Part shown: piece by piece, positions 25,954-36,012 of the stretch | How the letters are laid out: each line of letters begins with the position of its first letter | Position numbering within the stretch: the first letter of the stretch is position 1 | Virus record (IMG/VR): IMGVR_UViG_3300028960_000080 | Location: 1-41,900 of that record | Reading direction: 5' to 3' (one strand) | Source: a virus | Lineage: Duplodnaviria; Heunggongvirae; Uroviricota; Caudoviricetes | Length of the DNA stretch: 41,900 nt | Translations under genes and position numbers: made by a program | Notes under the pieces: generated by a model | Told to the model about the DNA's origin: nothing | Database searches by the model: none | The model's input: the letters and a program-made list of their open reading frames with translations, nothing else

Positions 25954-26510
25954 AACTGACGCCTGTTATTGCTGCGCTGCGTGCCCGCTGCCCGTATTTT
26001 GAAAACCGGGTGGCAGGCGCGGCACAGTTCAAAAATCTGCCGGAGGTCGGAAAGCTGAGACTCCCGGCGGCGTATGTGGTACCGGGTGATGACTCTCCGG
26101 GAGAAAACAAAAGCCAGACCGACTACTGGCAGGAGCTGAAAGAGGGCTTCTCCGTGGTTGTCATACTGAGTAACGGGCGTGATGAGCGCGGTCAGTTTGC
26201 CTCGTATGATGTGGTGGACGATGTCCGGCAGATGCTCTTTAAGGCTCTGCTGGGCTGGAACCCGGAAGCGTGCGGTAACCCGATTACCTATGACGGCGGC
26301 ACGCTGCTGGATCTGAATCGTCATGAGCTGATTTATCAGTTCGATTTTTCGGTCATCAGCGAGCTGACCGAAGACGATACCCGCCAGCAGGATGACCTGA
26401 ACAGTCTGGATGAACTGCGAACGCTGGCGATTGATGTTGATTATCTCGATCCCGGTAACGGGCCTGACGGCGATATCGAACATCACACCGAAATAACCCT
26501 TCCTTCCTGA
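25950..26510 (+). CDS. Tail completion / tail terminator protein (putative)
   Basis: Position between the neck genes and the sheath gene. Confidence 0.45.
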   Translation: MKLTPVIAALRARCPYFENRVAGAAQFKNLPEVGKLRLPAAYVVPGDDSPGENKSQTDYWQELKEGFSVVVILSNGRDERGQFASYDVVDDVRQMLFKALLGWNPEACGNPITYDGGTLLDLNRHELIYQFDFSVISELTEDDTRQQDDLNSLDELRTLAIDVDYLDPGNGPDGDIEHHTEITLPS

Positions 26511-26518
26511 GGATCCTC

Positions 26519-26689
26519 ATGTTTGTGAAACCTGTTAAAGGGCGGTCAGTGCCTGACCCTGCCCGCGGCGACCTTTTGCCCGCCGAAGGGCGAAATGTTG
26601 ACGAGAACAACTACTGGCTGCGCCGTGAAGCAGCGGGTGATATCCGGCGCGTGAATAAAAAGGTGAATACCGATGACGATAAGCTTTAA
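26519..26689 (+). CDS. Small conserved tail-module protein (56 aa) not in the ORF track
   Basis: ATG at 26519 gives MFVKPVKGRSVPDPARGDLLPAEGRNVDENNYWLRREAAGDIRRVNKKVNTDDDKL; overlaps the sheath start; resembles a small protein preceding the sheath in Mu-like modules (from memory). Confidence 0.45.
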   Translation: MFVKPVKGRSVPDPARGDLLPAEGRNVDENNYWLRREAAGDIRRVNKKVNTDDDKL

Positions 26690-28169
26690 CACCATTCCGT
26701 CGAATACGCTGGTTCCGTTGTTTTATGCGGAAATGGATAACCAGGCGGCGAATACTGCACAGGACAGCGGAGCATCGTTGCTGATTGGTCACGCCAATAA
26801 CGGTGCAGAGATTGTTGCCAACAGTCTGGTGCTGATGCCGTCGGCAGACTATGCACGCCAGATTTGTGGTGCGGGAAGTCAGCTGGCGCGTATGGTCGAG
26901 GCTTATCGCCAGACCGACCCGTTTGGCGAGCTGTATGTGATTGCCGTTCCGGAAGCCACAGGCGCGGCGGCAACGGTTACTCTGACGGTGACCGGGGCGG
27001 CAACCGAAACCGGCACGGTGAATGTGTATGTGGGACGTACCCGCGTGCAGGCACCGGTGACCAACGGCGATAACGTCGCGACCATTGCCAGCAGTATCCA
27101 GGATGCTATCAATGCCGTTCCGGCCCTGCCGTTTACGGCCTCATTTTCGGCTGGCGTGGTCACACTGACCGCGCGTCATAAGGGACTTTGCGGGAATGAA
27201 ATTCCTGTCAGCCTCAATTACTACGGCTTTGGTGGGGGCGAAGTGCTGCCAGCGGGTGTACAGATTGCTGTGGCGACGGGTACCGCCGGAACGGGCGCTC
27301 CTGTTCTCACCGGTGCGGTGGCTGCAATGGCGGATGAGCCGTTTGATTATATCGGTCTGCCGTTCAACGACACGGCTTCCGTTAACACGCTGGTGACCGA
27401 GATGAACGATACCAGCGGTCGCTGGAGCTATGCGCGTCAGCTGTATGGTCATGTGTATACGTCAAAGACCGGTACGCTGTCAGAACTGGTGACCGCAGGT
27501 GACCAGTTTAACCAGCAGCACATTACCCTGGCGGGGTACGAAAAAGAAACCCAGACACCTGCCGACGAGCTGGCGGCAAGCCGTACCGCCCGCGCAGCGG
27601 TGTTTATCCGCAACGATCCGGCACGTCCCACGCAGACCGGTGAGCTGGTGGGTATGCTGCCTGCGCCGAAGGGGAAACGGTTCACGATGACCGAGCAGCA
27701 GACCCTGCTGTCTCATGGCGTGGCAACGGCGTATGTCGAAAGCGGGGTACTGCGCATTCAGCGTGATGTCACCACGTACAGGAAAAATGCTTACGGGGTT
27801 GCGGATAACAGCTACCTCGACAGCGAGACGCTGCATACCAGCGCGTATGTGCTGCGCAAACTGAAATCCGTCATTACCAGTAAGTACGGGCGTCACAAGC
27901 TTGCCAGTGACGGTACCCGCTTTGGTCCCGGTCAGGCGATTGTCACCCCGGCGGTGATCAAAGGGGAACTGCTGGCAACCTACCGTCAGCTTGAGCGTGC
28001 GGGGATCGTGGAAAACTACGAACTGTTTAAGCAGTACCTGGTTGTGGAGCGTGATGCCAGCGATCCGAACCGCCTGAACACGCTGTTCCCGCCTGACTAT
28101 GTTAACCAGTTGCGTGTCTTTGCCGTGGTTAACCAGTTCCGTCTTCAGTATTCAGAGGAGTCCGCATAA
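26673..28169 (+). CDS. Contractile tail sheath protein (Mu gpL-like)
   Basis: 498-aa ORF followed by tube, chaperone and tape-measure genes; AAGGTG Shine-Dalgarno. Confidence 0.8.
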   Translation: MTISFNTIPSNTLVPLFYAEMDNQAANTAQDSGASLLIGHANNGAEIVANSLVLMPSADYARQICGAGSQLARMVEAYRQTDPFGELYVIAVPEATGAAATVTLTVTGAATETGTVNVYVGRTRVQAPVTNGDNVATIASSIQDAINAVPALPFTASFSAGVVTLTARHKGLCGNEIPVSLNYYGFGGGEVLPAGVQIAVATGTAGTGAPVLTGAVAAMADEPFDYIGLPFNDTASVNTLVTEMNDTSGRWSYARQLYGHVYTSKTGTLSELVTAGDQFNQQHITLAGYEKETQTPADELAASRTARAAVFIRNDPARPTQTGELVGMLPAPKGKRFTMTEQQTLLSHGVATAYVESGVLRIQRDVTTYRKNAYGVADNSYLDSETLHTSAYVLRKLKSVITSKYGRHKLASDGTRFGPGQAIVTPAVIKGELLATYRQLERAGIVENYELFKQYLVVERDASDPNRLNTLFPPDYVNQLRVFAVVNQFRLQYSEESA

Positions 28170-28525
28170 TGGCCCGTATCGGGGGAACCTGTTATTTCAA
28201 AATTGACGGTCAGCAGCTATCGCTGACCGGCGGCATTGAGGTGCCCATGAACAGGACGGTCAATGATGACATCATCGGCCTGGACGGTTCAGTGGACCGC
28301 AAGGAAACTCACCGTGCGCCTTATGTCAAAGGGACCTTCAAGGTGCCGAAGAATTTTCCGGTGAGCAAAATCACCTCGTCTGATGAGATGACCATCACTG
28401 CCGAGCTGGCGAACGGTCAGGTCTATGTACTGTCGTCTGCCTGGCTGCACGGCGAAGCGAACCATAATGCCGAAGAAGGCACGGTCGATCTTGAGTTCCA
28501 CGGTGAAGAAGGGGATTACCAGTAA
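28169..28525 (+). CDS. Tail tube protein
   Basis: 118-aa ORF directly after the sheath gene, conserved order. Confidence 0.7.
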   Translation: MARIGGTCYFKIDGQQLSLTGGIEVPMNRTVNDDIIGLDGSVDRKETHRAPYVKGTFKVPKNFPVSKITSSDEMTITAELANGQVYVLSSAWLHGEANHNAEEGTVDLEFHGEEGDYQ

Positions 28526-28794
28526 TGAAAGAGCTTGAGTTAAAGAAACCGATTACCGCTCATGGCGAGACACTCTCCGTACTGGAGTTTGATGAGCCCA
28601 CCGGGAAAGATGTCCGCGAGCTGGGGTATCCCTACCAGATGAATCAGGATGAGTCCGTCAGACTTCTGGCGCATGTGGTGTCGAAATACATTGTGCGGCT
28701 GGCGAAAGTGCCGCAAAGCTCTGTCGACCAGATGTCTCCGGCAGACCTGAATGCAGCGGCGTGGCTTGTGGCTGGTTTTTTCCTCCAGGCCTGA
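28525..28794 (+). CDS. Tail assembly chaperone (short, in-frame product)
   Basis: Position before the tape-measure gene; contains a slippery heptamer near its 3' end. Confidence 0.7.
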   Translation: MKELELKKPITAHGETLSVLEFDEPTGKDVRELGYPYQMNQDESVRLLAHVVSKYIVRLAKVPQSSVDQMSPADLNAAAWLVAGFFLQA

Positions 28795-28943
28795 CGGCTG
28801 AATACCTCACTGATCGCTTCTTTGACTGCGCCAGCTACTGGCGCATTAATCCCTTCGAATTGCTGAATATGCCGATCAGTGAAATTCCCTTGCTGGTCAG
28901 TCAGGCAAACAGGATAGAGCAGGAGAAACGCACACATGGCTGA
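28761..28943 (+). CDS. -1 frame extension of the tail assembly chaperone (fusion product 28525..28782 + 28782..28943)
   Basis: Open -1 frame from the slippery site to a stop overlapping the tape-measure start; canonical G/GT-type arrangement. Confidence 0.6.
   Translation: MACGWFFPPGLTAEYLTDRFFDCASYWRINPFELLNMPISEIPLLVSQANRIEQEKRTHG
28776..28782 (+). other. Programmed -1 ribosomal frameshift slippery site (T TTT TTC)
   Basis: X XXY YYZ heptamer in the chaperone frame; the -1 frame continues as PPGLTAEYLTDRFFD... to 28943. Confidence 0.6.
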
Positions 28944-30777
28944 ATTTGAGCTTAAGGCGTTGATCACCGGTGTCGACAGGCTTTCTCCCGCGCTGTCGAA
29001 AATGCAAAAGAAAATCCGGGGATTTAAACGCCAGGCGGAAGAAGCGTCACAGGGTGGGCTGGCGCTTGGTGGCGGACTGGCTGCGGGTCTGACGCTTTCC
29101 CTGAAATCTTATGCCGATCAGGAAAACGCCGCCACCGGGCTGAAAGTCGCCATGATGGATGCGAACGGCGAGGTTGGAAAGCGCTTTCAGGACATCAATA
29201 AACTGGCTATTGGTCTGGGTAACCAGCTACCCGGTACAACGGCTGATTTCCAGAACATGATGCAGATGCTGGTGCGTCAGGGGATCCCGGCAGAAAACAT
29301 TCTGGGTGGTGTGGGTAAAGCGACAGCTTATCTTGCGGTACAACTGAAAAAAACACCGGAAGCGGCTGCTGAGTTTGCTGCAAAGATGCAGGATGCTACC
29401 GGAACGGCGTCAGAAGACATGATGGGGCTGTTCGACACTATCCAGAAGGCGTTTTATCTGGGCGTTGACGATACCAACATGTTGTCCTTCTTCACTAAAA
29501 CCAGTTCTGTTCTGAAGATGGTGAACAAGGACGGTCTTCAGGCTGCACAGAGCCTTGCCCCCATCAGCGTCATGATGGATCAGATGGGGATGAACGGGGA
29601 GTCGGCAGGTAATGCCCTGCGAAAAGTTATCCAGTCCGGATTAAGCGTTAAGAAAATCAGGGACGTCAATAAAGTCATGGCCCGCCAGAAACTCGGGGTA
29701 CAGCTCGATTTTACTGACGGCAAAGGAAGTTTTGGCGGTCTTGATAACATGTTCAGGCAACTGGCAAAGCTGCGAAAACTGACCGACGTTAAGCGAACAG
29801 GTGTACTTAAGGCAATATTTGGTGATGATGCCGAAACCCTTCAGGTGGTCAATGCACTAATCGATAAAGGAAAGGATGGCTACGATCAGATCCAGCAGAA
29901 GATGAATAAACAGGCCAGCCTGAATAAACGTGTTCAGGCCCAGCTTGGTACGCTGTCCAACCTGTGGGAGGCAATGACGGGGACCGCAACTAACGGCCTT
30001 GCGGCTATTGGCGGCGCATTTTCTGGTGACGCCAAAAATATCACGCAATGGCTGGGGGAGTTAGGGGAAAAATTCACGAAGTTTGCGGATGAAAATCCCC
30101 GGGTTATTCGCGGCGTCGTCGGGCTTGCTGCCGGTCTTGCGATTCTGAAACTGGGATTGATGGGCGTTGGCGGGGCCATCAGTATTGTCAGCAGGATCAT
30201 GTCGATGACGCCGATTGGAATGATTGCGACGGCGATAGCCCTGGCTGCGGGATTAATTATCACTAACTGGGATGTTGTCGGACCTTATTTCAAGAAGCTC
30301 TGGGAAACCATTGGTCCTTATTTTGAGGCTGGCTGGGAACTTCTGAAGAAGGTTTTTGCCTGGTCGCCGCTGGGGATGGTAATCAATAACTGGGGACCGG
30401 TTGTTAAGTGGTTTCAGGATATGTGGGACAAGCTGAAGCCAATTATTGAGTGGTTTACCGACAGTTCCGGTGACACGGTCGATGCCATTAACTCTGCGCA
30501 GTGGGGCGCGGGTGCTTATGATGCTTATGGGACGGGATTCCCGGCGCGGGGATACACACCTTATCCGGCCATGGATCCGGCTCAGGCAAACAACGCCTCC
30601 GATGCCACAGGCCCGAATCCCTTCATGATTAACAAAGCTTCTGCGCCAAAAGTTGACGGTGAGATCAAGATCTCTTTTGTGAATTCGCCTCCGGGTATGC
30701 GGGTTATGGAAACGCGATCCAGCGGTATCGACGTGAATCACGACGTTGGCTACACCCGATTTGGTATGGGGGGCTGA
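28936..30777 (+). CDS. Tail tape measure protein
   Basis: 613-aa ORF, helical with Gly/Ala-rich hydrophobic segments; follows the frameshifted chaperone. Confidence 0.9.
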   Translation: MAEFELKALITGVDRLSPALSKMQKKIRGFKRQAEEASQGGLALGGGLAAGLTLSLKSYADQENAATGLKVAMMDANGEVGKRFQDINKLAIGLGNQLPGTTADFQNMMQMLVRQGIPAENILGGVGKATAYLAVQLKKTPEAAAEFAAKMQDATGTASEDMMGLFDTIQKAFYLGVDDTNMLSFFTKTSSVLKMVNKDGLQAAQSLAPISVMMDQMGMNGESAGNALRKVIQSGLSVKKIRDVNKVMARQKLGVQLDFTDGKGSFGGLDNMFRQLAKLRKLTDVKRTGVLKAIFGDDAETLQVVNALIDKGKDGYDQIQQKMNKQASLNKRVQAQLGTLSNLWEAMTGTATNGLAAIGGAFSGDAKNITQWLGELGEKFTKFADENPRVIRGVVGLAAGLAILKLGLMGVGGAISIVSRIMSMTPIGMIATAIALAAGLIITNWDVVGPYFKKLWETIGPYFEAGWELLKKVFAWSPLGMVINNWGPVVKWFQDMWDKLKPIIEWFTDSSGDTVDAINSAQWGAGAYDAYGTGFPARGYTPYPAMDPAQANNASDATGPNPFMINKASAPKVDGEIKISFVNSPPGMRVMETRSSGIDVNHDVGYTRFGMGG

Positions 30778-30858
30778 TACCCCGCTTAAACACGGGTTTT
30801 GTCGTTTAGCAGGTTCTTGGTAGGATTAGTCCGATACTTTAATGATGGGAATAGGGAT

Positions 30859-31536
30859 ATGAAAGTCTTAACAATTTATTCAGTTGTCGGCATGGCTCTT
30901 TTACTCGGGGGATGTACCTCTCCGAAGTACAATTATTTACCAAAAACAGAAAATTATAGTGAACCTCCTGTAGGAAGCATTAATACAGCTTATGTCGGTG
31001 ATTCAATGATTAAGCAGGGGGTGTCACAGAGGTTTGAAGGTCTGAAGGTTAATGCTCCTGCGAGAATTTCCTGGGCGTATACGATCACTCCGGGGATGCT
31101 GAAAAAGGTTGGTGAGGATAACAAGGCTGATTATTACTTTCTCACAAACGGTGCTGATTCAGCCAATGTGGAAAAGGCAGCCCTTGCCGATATGTGGCAG
31201 GGCATCATGGTAGAAAAGAAAAAGAATGCCTTATGTGTAATAACAGTTTTCGGTGTTACCAACTGTGAAACTAACATGCCTATCGAAAAGGTTACTCTGA
31301 ATATCAGTGGTGATTCATCTTTCCAGCAAGCTCTGCTTTACAACGGAAGGGTCGGAAACAAAATCAACATTGGATATCGTGAATTTTCATCGAATACAGC
31401 ACGCCCGGCCTTCAACAACGATGTTGAGTATGATCTCGCGGAGTCTAAAACAATTGGCTATAAAGGGGCTAAATTCGAAGTACTTGATGCGAGTAACCAA
31501 AGCATAAGGTATCGGGTAATAAGTAACTTTAGATAA
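30859..31536 (+). CDS. Moron lipoprotein (about 225 aa) inside the tail module
   Basis: ATG at 30859 gives MKVLTIYSVVGMALLLGGCTSPK with lipobox LLGGC; AT-rich by eye; followed by its own intrinsic terminator. Confidence 0.65.
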   Translation: MKVLTIYSVVGMALLLGGCTSPKYNYLPKTENYSEPPVGSINTAYVGDSMIKQGVSQRFEGLKVNAPARISWAYTITPGMLKKVGEDNKADYYFLTNGADSANVEKAALADMWQGIMVEKKKNALCVITVFGVTNCETNMPIEKVTLNISGDSSFQQALLYNGRVGNKINIGYREFSSNTARPAFNNDVEYDLAESKTIGYKGAKFEVLDASNQSIRYRVISNFR

Positions 31537-31550
31537 GCGATAATTTAATG

Positions 31551-31576
31551 AAACCCGCTTCGGCGGGTTTTTTTAT
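31551..31576 (+). terminator. Rho-independent terminator after the lipoprotein moron
   Basis: AAACCCGC-TTCG-GCGGGTTT hairpin followed by TTTTTA. Confidence 0.8.
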
Positions 31577-31589
31577 ATCCGGAGTTTAT

Positions 31590-32918
31590 ATGACGTGGAA
31601 AGACAGACTTCAGGACGCGTCATTTCGCGGCGTGCCGTTTAAGGTTGAAGAAGAAAGTGCGGGAACCGGTCGTCGTGTGGAAACGCACGAATACCCGAAC
31701 CGCGACAAACCCTATACCGAAGACCTGGGGAAAATCACTTTCCGCCCGTCCATCACGGCTTATGTGGTGGGAGATGACTGCTTTGACCAGCGCGATCGCC
31801 TGATTGACGCGCTGAATAAACCCGGTCCCGGCACGCTTGTCCATCCGACTTACGGTGAGCTGAAAGTCTGTGTTGACGGAGAGGTTCGGGTCAGCACATC
31901 GAAGAGTGAAGGGCGTATTGTCCGCTTTGACCTGAAGTTTGTCGAAGCAGGAGAACTCTCTTACCCCACATCAGGTGCGGCGACGGCGCAGACGCTGATG
32001 TCATCCTGTTCTGCACTGGATGACTGCATCAGTGACAGCTTCAGCGGTTTCAGTATCGATGGTGTGGCGGATTTCGTGCAGAACGACGTTATCGGTAATG
32101 CCAGCATAATGCTGGGGTATGTTTCTGATGCGATGAAAGTGGTGGATTCTGCCGTATCGGATGCCGCCAGGCTGTTGCAGGGGGATATCTCGGTACTTCT
32201 GCCGCCGCCATCGTCAGGCAAAAATTTCGTTGAGCAGGTGCAGAAAATGTGGCGTACCGGGAAACGCCTTTATGGTAACGCCAGCGACCTGGTCACCATG
32301 ATCAAAACGCTTTCCGGTGTCAGCCTCGGCAGCGATCTGCAACCGCGCGGCGTCTGGAAAACGGACAGTAAAACTACCGCTACGGCGACGCAGCAGCGTA
32401 ACGTGGTTGCCAGCACCCTTCGTACGACCGCAATCAGCGAAGCGGCGTATGCCGTCACACGATTGCCTGCGCCAACAACTTCCGCGGTGATGCAGAATGC
32501 CGCAATGGGGCAGGCAACAACACCTGCGCAGAGCACTGGCTGGCCTTCCGTCACGCATCCGGCACTGAACAATGCACCGGCGGTGAAAAGCACGGTTGAC
32601 CTGCCGACGTGGGAAGAACTGACTGACATTCGCGACACACTGAATACGACAATTGATAAGGAGTTGTCCCGTACAACCAGTGATGCGCTGTTTCTGGCGC
32701 TGCGCCGGGTGAAAGCAGATCTGAATGCGGATATCAACATGCGCCTTGAACAGTCTGCGCGGATCATTCAGCGCACACCGGATGAGGTTTTACCCGCGCT
32801 GGTGCTGGCGGCGACCTGGTTTGATAACGCGGCGCGTGACGCGGACATTATCCGGCGTAATGCCATTACGCATCCCGGCTTTGTGCCGGTGATCCCTCTG
32901 AAGGTGCCAGTGCAATGA
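31590..32918 (+). CDS. DNA circulation protein (Mu gpN-like)
   Basis: ATG at 31590 with GGAG Shine-Dalgarno; N-terminal region typical of Mu-like DNA circulation proteins; after the tape-measure gene. Confidence 0.75.
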   Translation: MTWKDRLQDASFRGVPFKVEEESAGTGRRVETHEYPNRDKPYTEDLGKITFRPSITAYVVGDDCFDQRDRLIDALNKPGPGTLVHPTYGELKVCVDGEVRVSTSKSEGRIVRFDLKFVEAGELSYPTSGAATAQTLMSSCSALDDCISDSFSGFSIDGVADFVQNDVIGNASIMLGYVSDAMKVVDSAVSDAARLLQGDISVLLPPPSSGKNFVEQVQKMWRTGKRLYGNASDLVTMIKTLSGVSLGSDLQPRGVWKTDSKTTATATQQRNVVASTLRTTAISEAAYAVTRLPAPTTSAVMQNAAMGQATTPAQSTGWPSVTHPALNNAPAVKSTVDLPTWEELTDIRDTLNTTIDKELSRTTSDALFLALRRVKADLNADINMRLEQSARIIQRTPDEVLPALVLAATWFDNAARDADIIRRNAITHPGFVPVIPLKVPVQ

Positions 32919-33994
32919 ACGACAATGTCACGCTACGGATAAATGGCCGGGAGTGGAATGGCTGGACATCGGTGCGCATCGGTGCCGGTATTGAACGGCT
33001 GGCGCGGGATTTCAGTGTGGAGATCACCCGCCAGTGGCCGGGTGATGAGGGTATCACCACGCTTCAGCCGCGCATTAAAAACGGTTCAAAAGTGGAGGTG
33101 CTGATTGGTGATGAGCTGGTGATCACCGGCTGGGTGGAGGCGACGCCCGTTCGTTACGATGCCCGTTCGGTCAGCACCGGTATTGCCGGACGTAGTCTGA
33201 CGGCTGACCTGATTGACTGTGCAGCCGAACCGACACAGTTTAACGGACGCTCGCTGGTGCAGATTGCGCAGGCGCTTGCTGCGCCTTTCGGCATTGAGGT
33301 GGTGAACAGCGGTGCGCCGTCGGGTGTTATTCCTGATGTTCAGCCTGATCACGGTGAAACGGTGATTGAGGTAATCAACAAAATACTCGGTCAGCAGCAG
33401 GCGCTGGCTTATGACGACCCGCACGGCAGGCTGGTGATTGGTGGTATTGGCTCAACGCGGGCACATACCGCGCTGGTACTCGGGGAAAACATCCTTTCCT
33501 GCGATACGGAGAAGAGTATCCGGGAGCGGTTTTCTGTTTACCAGGTGGCGGGGCAGCGTGCCGGAAACGACGATGATTTCGGTGAGGCCACCACCACCGC
33601 GCTGCGGGCCCGCACAGAGGACGCATTTATTGCCCGTTACCGTCCGATGTATATCAGGCAGACAGGACAGGCTACGGGGGCTGGCTGTATTGCCCGTGCG
33701 GACTTTGAAGCCCGACAACGGGCGGCGCGGACGGATGAAACCACCTATGTGGTGCAGGGCTGGCGACAGGGTAACGGTACGCTGTGGCAGCCCAACCAGC
33801 GGGTGATTGTCTTTGATCCGGTCTGTGGTTTCGACAACACCGAACTGCTTGTTTCGGAAGTCACGTTTACTCAGGACCAGAACGGCACCCTGACGGAAAT
33901 CCGTGTCGGCCCACCAGATGCTTATCTGCCTGAACCCGAAGCCCCCGGCGCGCGGAAAAAGAAAAAAGCCAGAGTACAGGAGGACCCGTTCTGA
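32915..33994 (+). CDS. Baseplate hub / tail protein (Mu gpP-like)
   Basis: Conserved position in the Mu-type baseplate module; Lys-rich C-terminus. Confidence 0.7.
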   Translation: MNDNVTLRINGREWNGWTSVRIGAGIERLARDFSVEITRQWPGDEGITTLQPRIKNGSKVEVLIGDELVITGWVEATPVRYDARSVSTGIAGRSLTADLIDCAAEPTQFNGRSLVQIAQALAAPFGIEVVNSGAPSGVIPDVQPDHGETVIEVINKILGQQQALAYDDPHGRLVIGGIGSTRAHTALVLGENILSCDTEKSIRERFSVYQVAGQRAGNDDDFGEATTTALRARTEDAFIARYRPMYIRQTGQATGAGCIARADFEARQRAARTDETTYVVQGWRQGNGTLWQPNQRVIVFDPVCGFDNTELLVSEVTFTQDQNGTLTEIRVGPPDAYLPEPEAPGARKKKKARVQEDPF

Positions 33995-34542
33995 TGAGGA
34001 CGATTGAAGCCATGCAGCGACAACTCCTCGGCCTGATTGGGCGGGCCGTGGTGAAAAGCATCAGTGCCGCCACGAAATGTCAGACCGTGGATGTGTCCCT
34101 GATTGCCGGTGAACCCAAAGCCGGGGTTGAACATCTTGAACCCTACGGTTTTACTGCAAGGGCAAACAGTGGTGCGGAAGCGGTGGTGTTGTTTCCGGAT
34201 GGCGACCGTTCTCATGCGGTGGTTGTTACGGTGTCGGACCGTCGCTACCGCCTGAAAGGGCTGCAGACGGGGGAGGTGGCTGTCTATGACGATCAGGGGC
34301 AGTCCGTGACGCTGACCCGGGAGGGGATTGTGGTGGACGGTGCAGGTAAAACGATCACGTTTCGCAATGCACCTGAAGCACGTTTTGAAATGGACCTGGA
34401 AGTGACAGGACAGGTGAAAGACCTGTGCGACTCCGGCGGCACCACCATGTCAGCGATGCGGCTTGCCTATAACGGGCATCGTCACAGAGAGAACGGTCAG
34501 GGCAGTAACACCGACAAACCTGATAAATCGATGGAGGCATGA
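33994..34542 (+). CDS. Baseplate assembly protein V (spike)
   Basis: Size and position within the baseplate module. Confidence 0.7.
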   Translation: MRTIEAMQRQLLGLIGRAVVKSISAATKCQTVDVSLIAGEPKAGVEHLEPYGFTARANSGAEAVVLFPDGDRSHAVVVTVSDRRYRLKGLQTGEVAVYDDQGQSVTLTREGIVVDGAGKTITFRNAPEARFEMDLEVTGQVKDLCDSGGTTMSAMRLAYNGHRHRENGQGSNTDKPDKSMEA

Positions 34543-34967
34543 TGGAACTGTGGCTGACGGTGAACGGTAAACGCACCTGCGCCAGCGCACCGCTGGATCC
34601 GCTGACCCGCGCCGTGGTGATTTCCCTGTTTACCTGGCGGCGGGCGGAGCCTGATGACAATGCCGACGTCCCGATGGGATGGTGGGGGGATACCTGGCCT
34701 GAGGTACAGAATGACCGTTACGGCTCCCGACTGTGGCTGCTTCAGCGCAGCAAACTGACCAATCAACTGGTGCAGACGGTAAGGGGGTATATCCGCGAAT
34801 GCCTGCAATGGATGATTGATGACGGCGTGGTGTCCCGTATTGATCTGGATATCCGCCGCACCGGGATTAATGAACTGGGTAACAGTATCACTCTCTGGCG
34901 TCGTGACGGACCGGTAATGATTTCTTTTGATGATCTGTGGAGTGCGATAACGCATGGCGGACAGTGA
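34539..34967 (+). CDS. Baseplate protein (Mu gp46 / gpW-like)
   Basis: 142-aa ORF before the baseplate J-like gene. Confidence 0.65.
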   Translation: MMELWLTVNGKRTCASAPLDPLTRAVVISLFTWRRAEPDDNADVPMGWWGDTWPEVQNDRYGSRLWLLQRSKLTNQLVQTVRGYIRECLQWMIDDGVVSRIDLDIRRTGINELGNSITLWRRDGPVMISFDDLWSAITHGGQ

Positions 34968-36012
34968 ATTTCAGCGCCCGACGCTGGCAGAAAATATCAG
35001 TATGCTCCGTAACGATTTATTCGCCAGGCTGGACGTCAGCGACACGCTCCGGCGCATGGATGAAGACGTGCGGGCAAAGGTGTATGCGGCGGCGCTGCAT
35101 ACGGTTTACGGGTACATCGATTATCTGGCAATGAACATGCTGCCTGACCTGTGCGATGAGTCCTGGCTGGCGCAACATGCTGCGATGAAACGGTGTCCGC
35201 GCAAGGGGGCCACGGCTGCCAGCGGGTATATGCGCTGGGAAGGTGTCAGCGATGGCCTGAAGGTGACCGCCGGAAGTGTTATTCAGCGCGATGACCTGGT
35301 TCAGTACACGGCAACTGCCGATGCAACCAGCACCGGTGGTGTCCTGCGCGTGCCGATCGCCTGCTCAAGTGCAGGCGCGGTCGGTAACGCTGACGACGGT
35401 ACGTCATTAATCCTGGTCACGCCGGTTAATGGTCTGCCGTCTTCCGGCGAGGCAGATACCCTGACAGGTGGATTTGATACTGAAGAGCTGGAAACGTGGC
35501 GCGCCCGCGTCATTGAGCGGTATTACTGGACGCCTCAGGGCGGGGCTGACGGGGACTATGTCGTCTGGGCTAAAGAAGTGCCCGGCATTACCCGCGCATG
35601 GACATACCGACACTGGATGGGAACGGGGACTGTCGGTGTGATGATTGCCAGCAGTGACCTGATTAACCCCATTCCGGAAGAATCAACGGAAACGGCGGCA
35701 AGACAACATATCGAGCCACTGGCCCCGGTGGCAGGCTCTGATTTGTATGTATTCAGGCCGGTGGCGCACAAAGTGGATTTTCATATCCGCGTGACGCCGG
35801 ACACACCGGAAATACGGGCTGCCATCACCGCGGAGTTGCGTTCATTCCTGCTGCGTGATGGTTATCCGCAGGGAGAGCTTAAGGTATCGCGTATCAGTGA
35901 AGCGATTTCCGGTGCGAACGGGGAATACAGCCATCAGTTGCTTGCTCCGGCGGACAATATCTCCATTGCAAAAAATGAACTGGCGGTTCTGGGGACGATT
36001 TCATGGACGTGA
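34954..36012 (+). CDS. Baseplate J-like protein
   Basis: 352-aa ORF in the conserved baseplate position. Confidence 0.8.
   Translation: MADSEFQRPTLAENISMLRNDLFARLDVSDTLRRMDEDVRAKVYAAALHTVYGYIDYLAMNMLPDLCDESWLAQHAAMKRCPRKGATAASGYMRWEGVSDGLKVTAGSVIQRDDLVQYTATADATSTGGVLRVPIACSSAGAVGNADDGTSLILVTPVNGLPSSGEADTLTGGFDTEELETWRARVIERYYWTPQGGADGDYVVWAKEVPGITRAWTYRHWMGTGTVGVMIASSDLINPIPEESTETAARQHIEPLAPVAGSDLYVFRPVAHKVDFHIRVTPDTPEIRAAITAELRSFLLRDGYPQGELKVSRISEAISGANGEYSHQLLAPADNISIAKNELAVLGTISWT

Noticed and set aside
30799-30858. Upstream extension of the lipoprotein ORF (MSFSRFLVGLVRYFNDGNRD)
   Set aside because: The extension precedes the signal peptide, has no ribosome-binding site and overlaps the probable promoter; the ATG at 30859 gives a canonical signal peptide.
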